A DNA stretch of 61,536 bases, the filler included. It is 4 parts of 4 records of this genome, joined end to end, with 100 filler letters (N's around TTAATTAATTAA, not from the genome) between each part and the next. Parts side by side here need not be neighbours in the genome. Positions count along the whole stretch, not along the records: positions 1 to 18,253 come from SRR20825019_442; positions 18,354 to 30,589 come from SRR20825019_447; 2 more parts are not named here. The stretch is one strand, 5' to 3'. The notes beneath the pieces are model-generated. The model was not told the origin of the DNA, did no database searches, and worked only from the letters and a program-made list of their open reading frames with translations. The position numbers and the translations under genes were made by a program. Of the stretch, positions 15,470 to 26,112 are shown one piece after another; within the stretch, counting starts at the first letter, position 1; each line of letters begins with the position of its first letter.

Positions 15470-18253
15470 ATGAAACCAAACTCTGGCAATGTTAATCTTG
15501 CCGTCGCAGTTCGAGTCCGTCCTCTGAACTGGAAAGAAGCGCAGACAGATGGTATTGTGATGACTGACAAAGTATCAGCGGTCTCATATTCACTTGATGC
15601 AGGTGGTAGAGCAGCATGGAGTTTCGACCAAAATCGAATTACACAAATTGAAACCACACCAGATGGAAAATGGTACCCTTCAGGAACAACTTTTTCGTTT
15701 GGTATGGTTACACGTGAACATGTTCACTGTTAGGTATGCTCATTTGCGTAGACCACGTGTTTGGCCCTCAGGTGACAACACGAGAAGTTTACCGTTCAAT
15801 GGCAAAAGACCTTGTTCTAGCGTCATGTGACGGCTTCAATGCTACAATATTTGCCTATGGACAAACAAGTAGCGGAAAGACTCATACTATTCATGGCGAA
15901 GACGAGCGTGATCCAGGATTTATTCCCCTTGCGCTTGCTGATGCATTTGAGCAAATGGCAAATGTAATTCAACTAGCTCTCTGCTTATTTATACTCACAC
16001 CTATGCGTAGACACCAGATCGTGAATACTTTGTTCGCATGTCGTTTATTGAAATATACAATGAGACCATTCAGGATCTGCTTAACCCGGCTTCTAGCAAC
16101 TTAAAGATATCCGAGGACAACGAAGTATGGTCTTGTGCACTATGACTACGCTGCCCTAACTCGTCTACAGAGGGGAGTCTTCATTGTGGACCTCAAGGAG
16201 GAGCCTGTGGCATCACCTGAGCAAGCCATGTTATTGGTTAGGTTTGGTGAGGTGAACAGACAGATAGAGACCACAGATCTGAACGAGAGGAGCAGTCGGT
16301 CCCATACGATTGTCCGTGTAATCATTGAGAGCAAGAGTCGGTTTGATGATGGATCATCGGTGAGAATGTCATGCTTGAATTTAGTGGACCTTGCGGGATC
16401 TGAGAGCATACGTCTGAGTGCCGATGAACTTCGGAAGAATGAATGTCGCTACATCAACAAGAGTCTTCTTGCTCTTGGGCGCGTTATCCTTCACCTGAGT
16501 CAGAAGCGCGGGGGGCATATTCCTTATCGGGACTCAAAACTCACGAGAATATTGCAATCAGCATTGGGTGGTAACTCGAGGACAGCAACAATCTGCACAG
16601 TGACCCCTGCAATTTCTCAAAAGGAAGAAACTTTGAACACTCTCCGTTTTGCACGATACGCACAAAGGGTAACGAATGTAGCTAGTATCAATGAGGTATG
16701 AAAGCAGATCGCCCGAACGAATACCTCTGAATTTTTGCTTCAGATTGCGTCTAAGGAGCACCCACTTCTCAAAGAATATCAACACCGGGTGAACACTCTT
16801 ATTGAGGAGCTAGAGAAGGTGCGAATAGAAATTGTGTGCCAAGGAAAATATGCCTGATAGAATTGTTTAGACTAAAGAGAAGTCTAAACAAGAAATTACA
16901 GAAAAGGATCGGATGATCTCAGAGATTGAAAAGGAAAACGAATTGATGCTCTTTGCACTTCAAGAAGAAGAGAAAGGTGGAGACAGAGAAGCGACGGCTG
17001 CTCCAGATGGTGCCAATGTGTCGAAGGCTGAACTTATCCGAATCACTAATGAAAAACAACGGCTCGAACGGGAGAATGCGGACCACCAGTTCTTGATAGA
17101 TTCGATGTTGGCTCAGATCAAGGAGCATGAGGACAAGCAGTTGCAGTTAGAAGCTCAGATAGAAAGACTGAACGCACAGGTGACTGAACAGTACAAAAGC
17201 ATCTCGGACCTTGAACTTGAAAATGCCCGCTACAACGAGCTCGAGAGTGTTGTGGATGACGCGGCACAGATGGCGGCAACTGATGTTAGCGCTCTTCGTC
17301 AACAGGTGAAGACACTAGAAGAAGCCTTGGTGCATGAAAAGGCCAGAGTGGAGGCAGAATCCGAAAGGAGAAAACGCGACCTTGATCAACAGAAAGAAAC
17401 TATGTCAACAGCCACAGCTGAAAGCAATGCCAACTTGAAGGTACAGGTGGAGCGATTGGACTCCGCACTTGCCGCAGAAAAGAAGAAATCTCAACTTGAG
17501 ATTGATCGTCTTAGATCCCTTCTTGAAACTACAAGAGACGACTTTGAGAAAGAAAAGGGCGATATCGTTAACTTGATCAAGAATTTAAAAGTCCAAAATT
17601 CAGAACTGAAGTTGATGAAGGAGAAGGCGGAGAGTGAAGCTAAGGATAGTGGGAAGAGCAATTGGGAGCACGAGAAGTCGAAACTCGAATATGATTTAAA
17701 GCGAACACAAGAGCAGTTCAACGAGGCTAGAGAACTTTGGTCCAAGGAAGCTGGTGACTACATGACTCGGATAGAGGAGTTAGAAATGCGCCGTGAAGAA
17801 GTTCACAGAACGGATAATGGAGATGCCAAGGATCTGCAGAAGGAGTTGTTGCAGATGGAAGAATCTTTCAAGCAAGAGAGAGAACAGTGGCAGAAAAAGG
17901 AAAAGGACCTGCTTATTAAGATTGATAATGCTACAGCAGAACTAAAAGAGGCTCAAGCGGTTTCCGGAAACAGTGCTCGAAGAGTTGTTGATATGGAAAA
18001 AATGTTGAAAGAAGCTTTGCGAAAGAACGAAGAGTTGAAGGCAAACTTAGAAAACGGACAAGAATCGAAGGCGTCTAAATACCATCAGCAACAAAATTCT
18101 GGTGGTGAGGACACAAATGCTGATATGTTAACGTTAGTTACAAAAAATCTCGAGAAAGAGCGCGAAAAATCGAAACGTTTGGAAGAAAAGGTTGCACAAG
18201 CTTCGAATCTTATTGATGAAGGTAAGATTGCCGAGCTGGAGCGCATGTATCTA
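15470..18253 (+). CDS. Kinesin motor protein, kinesin-7/CENP-E-like, with long coiled coil (3' truncated)
   Basis: VAVRVRPL, P-loop GQTSSGKT, NERSSRSH, DLAGSE, HIPYRDSKLTRILQ. Introns 15702-15751, 15964-16010, 16125-16170, 16696-16743 and 16819-16870. Confidence 0.9.
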
Positions 18254-18353
18254 NNNNNNNNNNNNNNNNNNNNNNNNNNNNNNNNNNNNNNNNNNNNTTA
18301 ATTAATTAANNNNNNNNNNNNNNNNNNNNNNNNNNNNNNNNNNNNNNNNNNNN
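18254..18353. other. Artificial contig spacer
   Basis: N44-TTAATTAATTAA-N44, with stops in all six frames. Confidence 0.98.
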
Positions 18354-18887
18354 CATGGCAATCATCACGCGCTGGCGCATGCCACCGGAAAACCGGTGCG
18401 GATATTCGTCAAAACGGGACGCGGCCGAGGGAATGCGTACTTTCTCCAGAAGGCGGACTGTCTCTTGCCGCGCTTCTTTTCTGGTAACGTCGCTATGACA
18501 GCGGATCGCCTCGGAAATCTGGTCGCCGATGGTGAAAAGCGGATTGAGGCTCGTCATCGGCTCCTGAAAGATCATCGAGACATCGGCGCCACGGGCCGCC
18601 CGCATTTCCCTGTCAGAGGCTGTGAGCAGGTCATGGCCCTCCAGCAGGATGCGGCCTTGAACGCGCGCCGTATCCCGCGGCAAAAGCCCCATGATGGAAA
18701 GCGAGGTCACACTTTTGCCCGAACCGCTTTCGCCGACGATCGCGAGTGTTTCACCCGGCATCACATCGAAGGAGACGTTGCGCACGACGCTTTGCCAATC
18801 ACCGTCCGAATAGAAGGACGTCGTCAGATTCTGGACCGACAGAACCGGTGAAGCTTCGCCGGCGCTTTTGTGTGGTGGAGTTGTCAT
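18354..18887 (-). CDS. Peptide/nickel-type ABC transporter ATPase (DppD-like), 3' truncated
   Basis: GESGSGKS, IFQEPMTSLNP, YPHRFSGGMRQR. Confidence 0.92.
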
Positions 18888-18916
18888 TGTGCTGTCCCCT
18901 TCGCGAAACCCGATGT

Positions 18917-20113
18917 TCAGTCCGGCCATTTGAGCAGGCCGTCGAAACGGTGGCGGCTCAAGTCTTCGATCGGTGTGGCGATGATTTCGTTCGAACGGCG
19001 GGCTTTATCGAGTTCCTCGCCAAGCCGACGCGCCACGACATGCTCCTGCCCGGGGTGAAGATTGCATGGGTCCAGGTAGAAATAGTGATGCTCTGCCTCA
19101 TGATCACGCACGATGATCGGCGGTTCGCCATGGGCGAGTGCTGCGGAAAGATCCCACGCGGTAATTCGTGCCTCGGCAGGGTCAATCAGGATCTTGAGGC
19201 GGTCAAGCGGGTTGTTGGTCGGGTCAGGGTCGATGATGGCCTTGATGCCCGGTCGCCCGTCAAGCGTGTCCTGCCACAGATCAAGATAGCGTTTCTCACG
19301 CGCCCGGATACCGTCGTGATCGCGGGTCTCCCAGGCTTCAAGCGCGGCCATCACACCGAAAATGCTCTCCTTGCCGACCTTCATGCCGCGGCCGATGCCG
19401 TAGTTTTGAATATAGGCATTGCGCACGATGTCCTTGCGGCCGGCAACGATACCTGTGGTCGGGCCGCCCAGAAACTTATGGCCGGAATAAAGCACCACGT
19501 CGGCGCCTGTGGCCAGAAAGCCCCTGAGGTCATATTCCGATGCCGCATCGACAATCACCGGAACGCCGCGTGCATGGGCAATCTCAACGAATTCGGAAAG
19601 GTGCAGCAATCCGTAATCGACAACATGGTGGGAGACGACGTAAACCGCAGCTGCCGTGTTTTCGGTGATTGCGTTTTCCATATGGAAACGATGGGTCGAG
19701 GTTGCCTGGCCGATCGCCACAACCGTTCCGCCGGTGAGACGAATGCCCTGATCGACCGGAGCGCCGTAATTGACGATATGACCCGCCTGGACGATGACTT
19801 CCTTTTTGGACGTCATGGTTTCCGGCAGGCGCTCGACAGCAAGAAGGTTTGCCCCGGTAATCGTTCCGGCGACGGCAAGACTGATGCCCGAAGCACAGGA
19901 GGCGGTGACGAAACCGGCCTCGGCACCCGTAAGCCTTGCGATGATCGCACTCGCTTTTCGCTGAAGGTCGTTCATCTCGACGAATTGCGTCATGATCTGG
20001 GGGACTGCCGCGACGGCTTCGGGAACCGCGATGGAAGCGCCGAGGCTCGTCATCGTTCCCGAAACATTTATAACGGGCCGCAGCCCAAGCGATTGACGGA
20101 TATCGTCGCTCAT
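18917..20113 (-). CDS. SelA-related PLP-dependent enzyme (DgaE-like ammonia-lyase family)
   Basis: [38 protein letters not shown] (PLP lysine), [13 protein letters not shown] 20113. Confidence 0.85.
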   Translation of the reverse strand: MSDDIRQSLGLRPVINVSGTMTSLGASIAVPEAVAAVPQIMTQFVEMNDLQRKASAIIARLTGAEAGFVTASCASGISLAVAGTITGANLLAVERLPETMTSKKEVIVQAGHIVNYGAPVDQGIRLTGGTVVAIGQATSTHRFHMENAITENTAAAVYVVSHHVVDYGLLHLSEFVEIAHARGVPVIVDAASEYDLRGFLATGADVVLYSGHKFLGGPTTGIVAGRKDIVRNAYIQNYGIGRGMKVGKESIFGVMAALEAWETRDHDGIRAREKRYLDLWQDTLDGRPGIKAIIDPDPTNNPLDRLKILIDPAEARITAWDLSAALAHGEPPIIVRDHEAEHHYFYLDPCNLHPGQEHVVARRLGEELDKARRSNEIIATPIEDLSRHRFDGLLKWPD

Positions 20114-20164
20114 TGTTTTTCTCCGTGAAAGTGTCGAGTGCGTCCGGGGATTGTTCGACAAGTG

Positions 20165-20183
20165 TTTCGTAATAAAGTAATAA
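20165..20183. promoter_or_regulatory. Candidate IclR operator TTTCGTAATAAAGTAATAA
   Basis: Lies in the divergent promoter and is 16/19 identical to 27657-27675. Confidence 0.55.
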
Positions 20184-20199
20184 TCTTCCAAACTCGGGA

Positions 20200-21024
20200 A
20201 TGATGATGACTGACATAACTGACGCCAATTCCGCTGCCGAACAGGCAAGCGCCCCTGAAAAGAAGAAGAGAACCCGCGTTAGCGGCATCGACCGTGTTCT
20301 TCAGATTGTCGACTATCTTTATGAGACCGGGGAACCTGCGGGCGGTTATGCGATTGCCAAGGCAATCGGAGCGCCGCTTTCGACGATCTACACGATTACC
20401 GAGGACCTCGTTGAAAAGGCTGTGCTGACCCGCGCTCATGACGGCACGCTGTGGCTCGGTCCCCGCCTTTACAATTACGGTATTGCCTATGCCCGCTCCG
20501 TCGATTTCATGCGGGTGGCGACGCAGGAAATGCACGATCTTTGCCGCCGCGCCGGAGAAACCGTCCAGCTTTGCGGCCGGGACGGCCACCATATGCTGGT
20601 CATGGCGATGGCCGACGGCCCCAGCCACTTCCAGGTGATGTCGCGTGTCGGCTCGCGTATCCCGCTGAACTGGACTGCTTCCGGCCGCCTTCTGGTCGGC
20701 CACATGCCGGAAAAGGATCGCATCGAACTGTTTGAACGCGGCGCGCGCGCCTCGCCGACCGGCCGCGCCACCATCGACCCGCGAACGCTTTCCAAAGCCG
20801 CTGCCGAAGCGTTCGAAAACCGGCTTTCCGTTCAGGTTGGTGAATCCGACTATTCGGTGGCCTGTATCGCATCGCCCGTCTGCAATCGCGAGGGTGAATG
20901 CACCGCAACCATATCGATCGTGCTGCCGGAGCAGAAAGCCACGGCGGGCGGAGCGCCCTTCGGCGACTATGTCCGTGATTCTGCTGAGCGTATCGAACGG
21001 TTGATGGGATGGCGGGAACACTAG
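20200..21024 (+). CDS. IclR-family transcriptional regulator
   Basis: N-terminal HTH ([24 protein letters not shown]), [22 protein letters not shown]. Confidence 0.9.
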   Translation: MMMTDITDANSAAEQASAPEKKKRTRVSGIDRVLQIVDYLYETGEPAGGYAIAKAIGAPLSTIYTITEDLVEKAVLTRAHDGTLWLGPRLYNYGIAYARSVDFMRVATQEMHDLCRRAGETVQLCGRDGHHMLVMAMADGPSHFQVMSRVGSRIPLNWTASGRLLVGHMPEKDRIELFERGARASPTGRATIDPRTLSKAAAEAFENRLSVQVGESDYSVACIASPVCNREGECTATISIVLPEQKATAGGAPFGDYVRDSAERIERLMGWREH

Positions 21025-21027
21025 AAT

Positions 21028-21525
21028 TCAGTCCTTCAGTGCGACAATCGCTTCGATTTCCACGGTAATGTTGTTCGGCAGCGAACCGAGGCCGACGGCT
21101 GAACGCGCATGAATGCCGGCCTCGCCGAACACCTCGATGAACAGATCGGAGCAGCCGTTGATAACACTCGGATGCTGGGTGAAATCGGGGGTCGCATTCA
21201 CCATGCCGAGGATTTTCACCACATGCTTGATACGGTCGAGATCGCCGAGCGCGTCCTCCATCACGGCCAGGAGATTGAGCCCCGTCAGCCGCGCATGCCG
21301 ATAGGCATCCTCGACGGTGACGTCGCCACCGACCTTGCCGTAATGCTGTGAGCCATCCCTTTCGCTTGGTCCCTGTCCCGAGAGATAGAGAATATTGCCT
21401 TCCTGTTTGTAGGCTGCAAAGTTGGCGATCGGAGGCTGCGCAGGCGGTATCTCGATACCCAGTGTCGCAAGTCGTTCTGCTACAGAGGTAGGCTCGCCTT
21501 TTTTTACCGCGGGTGTCTGGGACAC
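21028..21525 (-). CDS. RidA/YjgF-family imine deaminase
   Basis: LYLSGQGP, VINGCSDLFIEVFGEAGIHARSAVG..VEIEAIV; GTG start with an AGGAG RBS. Confidence 0.9.
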   Translation of the reverse strand: MSQTPAVKKGEPTSVAERLATLGIEIPPAQPPIANFAAYKQEGNILYLSGQGPSERDGSQHYGKVGGDVTVEDAYRHARLTGLNLLAVMEDALGDLDRIKHVVKILGMVNATPDFTQHPSVINGCSDLFIEVFGEAGIHARSAVGLGSLPNNITVEIEAIVALKD

Positions 21526-21571
21526 GAAAACTCCTGTACTTTCAAAGCGTGATGGCTGACCGGTTCCGCGG

Positions 21572-22780
21572 TCAGCGAAATGCATAGTTCTGGCTATCGT
21601 AACCACTGCGCCATGTGCCGGGCGTGTGACGCGAGGCCTTGATGGCGCGTGTGCCAATGACCGCGTAGGCAGGATCGAAAAGCCGGGTCATATGGGCCGG
21701 GTCTCCGTTGGAATCGACCACATCCAGTTCTTCATCAACAAGGTTGAAAAGCGTGAACTCGGCGCGCGCGCCCGGCGACAAAAGATCGTCCATCGGCAGG
21801 CCGATCACGGCGGCAGGTGCGTGGGTGACGGCGTTGATCACCTTGTCGAACGGCATGCCGACCGACAGCAGCTTCGACATGGTTGTCGCCATATCCCAGA
21901 CCGAGCCGTTCAATGAATGGCCGTGCAGGTCCGTGGAAATCGAAAACGGCATCAGGCCGCGGGCAATGGCCGCCTCGGCCACCTTGAACGAGAAGGAAGC
22001 GCCGCCATGGCCGATATCGAGACGCACGCCCTCACCGGCGCAGCGTTCGGCCAGATTGAAGAGGTCTTCATCCTCCATGAGCGATGAGCCGAGTTTGCCA
22101 TTGAAGCAATGGGTGATGATGTCGCCGGGGCCGAGGACTTCAAGCACATCTTCATAAAGCGCCGGCGGTTCGCCAACATGCACCATCATCGGAAGCTTCA
22201 GGATCCTGGCGATCTTCTTGCCAAGCTTGACCGGCGTCATGCCCCACGAGCCGGTAATGACGTGACTGGCGCGAACCTTGATGCCGACGATGTGCTCGCG
22301 GTTTTGCTCGTAGCACTGGAAAATGCGATCGAAATCGATGTCCTTGATATCGCGCAATTCCGGCACACGGTTGCAGGCGACCAGGCCGATGGAGCCGAGG
22401 TTGAGGAAGGCTTTGACCCGTTCCAGGGAAGGCTCGATGATATATTCGCGGAAGCCATGAAAATTGGCCTCACCGGCAGAACCGGCATCCACCAGCGTCG
22501 TGACACCCCGTTCGACACCACATTGCGACGGCCTGATCGAGATATCCGTACCGCCATGCCAGATGTGGACATGCAGATCGGTCCAGCCCGGAGAGATCCA
22601 GGCGCCGTCGCCGTCAATGACGTTCATCCCTTCACTGACCGGCAGCTCGCGCCCGGTGGAGGCGATCTTTCCGTCAGCGCCAATGGCTATATCGACAAGA
22701 TCTTCCGGCGTACCGGTTCCAAATGCGATCGGCCGGACATTGCGGATCAGCAGAGGCGAACCCGTTTGTTCAAGCGGCAT
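21572..22780 (-). CDS. COG3964 amidohydrolase/deacetylase (Atu3266/EF0837-like)
   Basis: PGWTDLHVH, GVTTLVDAGSAG, IVGIKVRAS, MVHVGEPP, THCFNGK, DIGHGGASF, ISTDLH. Confidence 0.85.
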   Translation of the reverse strand: MPLEQTGSPLLIRNVRPIAFGTGTPEDLVDIAIGADGKIASTGRELPVSEGMNVIDGDGAWISPGWTDLHVHIWHGGTDISIRPSQCGVERGVTTLVDAGSAGEANFHGFREYIIEPSLERVKAFLNLGSIGLVACNRVPELRDIKDIDFDRIFQCYEQNREHIVGIKVRASHVITGSWGMTPVKLGKKIARILKLPMMVHVGEPPALYEDVLEVLGPGDIITHCFNGKLGSSLMEDEDLFNLAERCAGEGVRLDIGHGGASFSFKVAEAAIARGLMPFSISTDLHGHSLNGSVWDMATTMSKLLSVGMPFDKVINAVTHAPAAVIGLPMDDLLSPGARAEFTLFNLVDEELDVVDSNGDPAHMTRLFDPAYAVIGTRAIKASRHTPGTWRSGYDSQNYAFR

Positions 22781-22784
22781 TTTC

Positions 22785-23660
22785 TTACAGGTCCTTTTTA
22801 AGGCGTGGGTCCAGCATGTCGCGCAAACCATCGCCGACGAGCTGCAGAGAGAGAACGGCAAGGATGATCGCCAGCCCCGGGAAAAGCGTCATCCAGTCGG
22901 CGGCACCGAGATACTGGCGGCCTGCGGCAATCATCGTGCCCCAGGTCGGCACTTCCGGGCTGACGCCGAGCCCGAGGAAGGAAAGCCCGGCTTCGGCCAG
23001 AATCGCGTTGGCGAACAGAAAGGTCGCCTGCACCAGGATTGGTGAGACAAGATTGCGCAGCACATGCCGGGTCATGATGTGGTGGGTGGAAATCCCCATC
23101 GACCGGGCGGCCTCGACAAAGGGAAGCTCCCGGATAACAAGCGTGGACGCGCGCACGATACGGGCCAGCCGTGGCGCATAAACGATCGACAAGGCCACGA
23201 TCACCGTCATCAGCGAGGGACCGAGCGCTGCAACCAGCGCAATCGCCAGCAGAATGTCGGGAAATGCCATCATCGCATCGATAAGCCGGGCAATCGGCGT
23301 GTCGAGGCTTCTGAAGAACCCGGCGACCAGTCCCAGCGTGACGCCGATTACCGCAGAAATCACGACAACGGCGGCGCCGACGAGAAGCGAAAGCCGCCCG
23401 GCGAAAAGCGTGCGGGCGAAGACATCCCGACCGAATTCATCGGTGCCGAACCAGTATTCGGCGCCCGGCGGTGTCAGCCGGTTGGCAATCGACAGCTTGT
23501 AGGCCGAATGCGGCGTGATCCATGGCGCCAGAATGGCAAGTGCTGCGAAGATCAACAGCACGAACAGCCCGAAAGCAACACTCCTGCGTTTCAGTAACTG
23601 CCTGATGAACTTTGCCCGTTCACCTTGCCTCGGGCTATCGGCGGTTTGTGTATCGGCCAT
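22785..23660 (-). CDS. ABC permease (DppC-like)
   Basis: FGTDEFGRDVF, EAARSMG, LRDMLDPR. Confidence 0.92.
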   Translation of the reverse strand: MADTQTADSPRQGERAKFIRQLLKRRSVAFGLFVLLIFAALAILAPWITPHSAYKLSIANRLTPPGAEYWFGTDEFGRDVFARTLFAGRLSLLVGAAVVVISAVIGVTLGLVAGFFRSLDTPIARLIDAMMAFPDILLAIALVAALGPSLMTVIVALSIVYAPRLARIVRASTLVIRELPFVEAARSMGISTHHIMTRHVLRNLVSPILVQATFLFANAILAEAGLSFLGLGVSPEVPTWGTMIAAGRQYLGAADWMTLFPGLAIILAVLSLQLVGDGLRDMLDPRLKKDL

Positions 23661-24601
23661 CAGTAGCGAACCCTCGGGTCGACAAGCAGATAGAGCATGT
23701 CGATCGCAAAATTGATGAGAACATAAAGGCCGGCAATGACCAGCAGAGCGCCCTGTATGACGGGATAGTCACGCCGCAGCACCGCCGAGACGACGAGACT
23801 GCCGATACCGGGAAGCGCAAACACCGTCTCCGTTACCACCGCGCCGGCAACCAGCACGGCAGCCGTCAGCCCCAGGACCGTCAGGATGGGAATGAGTGCA
23901 TTCTTCAGTGCGTGCTTCAGCACCACCCGTCCTTCGGCCAGCCCCTTGGCACGGGCGGTTCGGATGTAGTCATCATTGAAGACATCGAGCATTGCCGCGC
24001 GGGTAAATCTGAGAATGAGAGCGGAGGAAACAACGCCGAGCGAAATCGCCGGCAGGACCAGATGATGGAGCCTGTCCCAGAAGCTTGCGCCGGGACCGCC
24101 ATAACCGGAGACCGGAAACAAGCCGAACCGGACGGCAAACACCTGAATAAGGATAAGCCCCAGCCAGAAACTCGGCACGCTTGCGGCTGTCATCGCCACG
24201 ATCGTCGCTGCCTGATCAACGAAGGAGCCGCGCCTGTAGGCTGCATAAATCCCGACCGGCAGCGCAATGGCAGCCGCCAGCAGCAAGGAGAACATCGTCA
24301 GGAAGAAGGTCGGTTCCGCGCGCTGGGCAAGGGCAGTCGTGACCGGGATATTGAGGAAGATCGACCGCCCCAGATTACCCTGAAGCATCTGCCAGATATA
24401 GATGACATATTGCTGGAGGATCGTTTGGTCGAGACCGAGTCTGGCCCTCAGATCCGCAATGTCCTGCGGTGTCGCATCCGGCCCGAGCATCACGGCGGCC
24501 GGATCACCGGGCGTGACGCGCACGATCACGAACACGATCGTCACGACCAGAAACATCACGACGATCATTCCAAACAGGCGTTTGAGAATATACCGTATCA
24601 T
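23660..24601 (-). CDS. ABC permease (DppB-like)
   Basis: PGDPAAVMLG, DYIRTARAKGL, RDYPVIQG. Confidence 0.92.
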   Translation of the reverse strand: MIRYILKRLFGMIVVMFLVVTIVFVIVRVTPGDPAAVMLGPDATPQDIADLRARLGLDQTILQQYVIYIWQMLQGNLGRSIFLNIPVTTALAQRAEPTFFLTMFSLLLAAAIALPVGIYAAYRRGSFVDQAATIVAMTAASVPSFWLGLILIQVFAVRFGLFPVSGYGGPGASFWDRLHHLVLPAISLGVVSSALILRFTRAAMLDVFNDDYIRTARAKGLAEGRVVLKHALKNALIPILTVLGLTAAVLVAGAVVTETVFALPGIGSLVVSAVLRRDYPVIQGALLVIAGLYVLINFAIDMLYLLVDPRVRY

Positions 24602-24658
24602 GAATTCATCTTCCTGTTTCGGCAGCGCACGCCCTCGCCCGCTACGCCGTGTCCGCGC

Positions 24659-25987
24659 TTAAAGGGCATTGTTTTCGATAACGCCCTTCAGCCAGTGATA
24701 GGAGGCTTTGGGAATGCGCTGCAGCGTCGGGTAATCGACATAGACAAGCCCGAAGCGTTTGGAATAGCCGCGCCCCCATTCGAAGTTGTCCATCAGCGAC
24801 CAGGCAAAATAACCGCGCACATCATGGCCTTCGTCGATGGCGTCGAGAAGTGCGCCGAGATATTTGTCGAAATAGCTGATCCGTTCATTGTCGACGACCG
24901 TGCGGTCAGCCCGCAGCATGTCGGGATAGGATGCGCCGTTTTCGGTGATGTAGATGACCGGTTTGCCATAGCGATTGCTGGTGTCGCGGATCTGCTCAAG
25001 GAACGCCGCCGGATCGACAACCCAGTTGACGTCGGTCAGTGGTCCCATGCCCGATGGCGGCATCGATTCCGAAACGCCCCATGTGGCATTCGGGTTGGGG
25101 GCGACAAACACGGGGTTGTAGTGATTGAGCCCGAAGAAATCGAGCTTCTGGCTGATTTCCTCCATGTCACCGGCCTTGATCAGCGGTTCGATCTTTTCGG
25201 CCAATGGCGCGGGATAGGTGCCAAGCCACAGCGGATCGACCATAACCCGCCGCCAAAGGCAGTCGCCAAGAACACGCGCGTCCTCATGGGCGGCATCGTC
25301 ATAATGCGGACGCACCGGACCGAGCGAGACGATATTGCCGATTTCGGCATCGGGGGCTTCAGCGCGCACGGCCGAAACCGTCTTGCCATGCGCGAGGTTG
25401 AGGTTGTGGATCGCCTGCAGACAGGCATCATGGTTCTGCTTTCCCGGCGCATGGCGGCCGAGATTATAGGCAACCCAAGGAATGACATTGGGTTCGTTGA
25501 TGGGGGCGAACCGTTTTACCCGATCACCGAAATGGCGGATCACCTCGGCGGCATAATCACCGAAAATGCTGGCTGTATCGCGCGAGCGCCAGCCACCGGC
25601 CTGTTCGATCGCCACCGGCATGTCCCAATGATGCAGACATATCCAGGGTTCGATCCCCTCATGCAACATCAGGTCGATCAGCCGGTCGTAGAAATCAAGA
25701 CCGCGCCGGTTCACCTGTCCCTTGCCTTCGGGGAAAATACGCGGCCATGCGGTCGAAAGCCGGAAGGCCTTCACGCCAAGCCCGCGCATCAAAGCTATGT
25801 CTTCGGGATAACGGTGATAATGGTCGCAGGAGATATCGGCAGTGTCGCCGTTGACGATATTGCCCGGCACTTTAGCATAGGCATCCCAGACGCTGGGACC
25901 GCGATCGTCGGTTTCGGTCGCCCCCTCTGTCTGATAGGCGGAGGCAGCGGCCCCCCAGAGAAAATCGGGCGGAAAATTTCGAGCCAT
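24659..25987 (-). CDS. GH1 beta-glucosidase/beta-glycosidase
   Basis: FPPDFLWGAAASAYQTEG, acid/base INEP, nucleophile YITENG, WSLMDNFEW. Confidence 0.93.
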   Translation of the reverse strand: MARNFPPDFLWGAAASAYQTEGATETDDRGPSVWDAYAKVPGNIVNGDTADISCDHYHRYPEDIALMRGLGVKAFRLSTAWPRIFPEGKGQVNRRGLDFYDRLIDLMLHEGIEPWICLHHWDMPVAIEQAGGWRSRDTASIFGDYAAEVIRHFGDRVKRFAPINEPNVIPWVAYNLGRHAPGKQNHDACLQAIHNLNLAHGKTVSAVRAEAPDAEIGNIVSLGPVRPHYDDAAHEDARVLGDCLWRRVMVDPLWLGTYPAPLAEKIEPLIKAGDMEEISQKLDFFGLNHYNPVFVAPNPNATWGVSESMPPSGMGPLTDVNWVVDPAAFLEQIRDTSNRYGKPVIYITENGASYPDMLRADRTVVDNERISYFDKYLGALLDAIDEGHDVRGYFAWSLMDNFEWGRGYSKRFGLVYVDYPTLQRIPKASYHWLKGVIENNAL

Positions 25988-26058
25988 CAGTCAGCTTTCA
26001 GAAAATGATACTGGCCCGGCGCGCATGGCGACCTGGCTTGATGCAAAAGTCCGGGAGG

Positions 26059-26088
26059 GGCACTTCCGGCATCCCGGCCGGAAGCGCC
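26059..26088 (-). terminator. Stem-loop after the solute-binding protein gene (stabiliser or partial terminator)
   Basis: On the minus strand GGCGCTTCCGGC-CGGGAT-GCCGGAAGTGCC. Confidence 0.5.
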
Positions 26089-26112
26089 ATTTTCATTGTC
26101 GGAATGGGCGGT

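Noticed and set aside
18254..18353. Eukaryote-to-bacterium HGT junction, or TTAATTAATTAA as a biological motif
   Set aside because: It is an artificial six-frame-stop linker repeated identically three times.
18917..20113. Selenocysteine synthase SelA
   Set aside because: Shorter SelA-related family in a catabolic context; no selB, selC or selD nearby.
23612..26008. 798-aa plus-strand ORF (also 18746-20128, 29170-30285)
   Set aside because: Antisense shadows of well-supported minus-strand genes in high-GC DNA.
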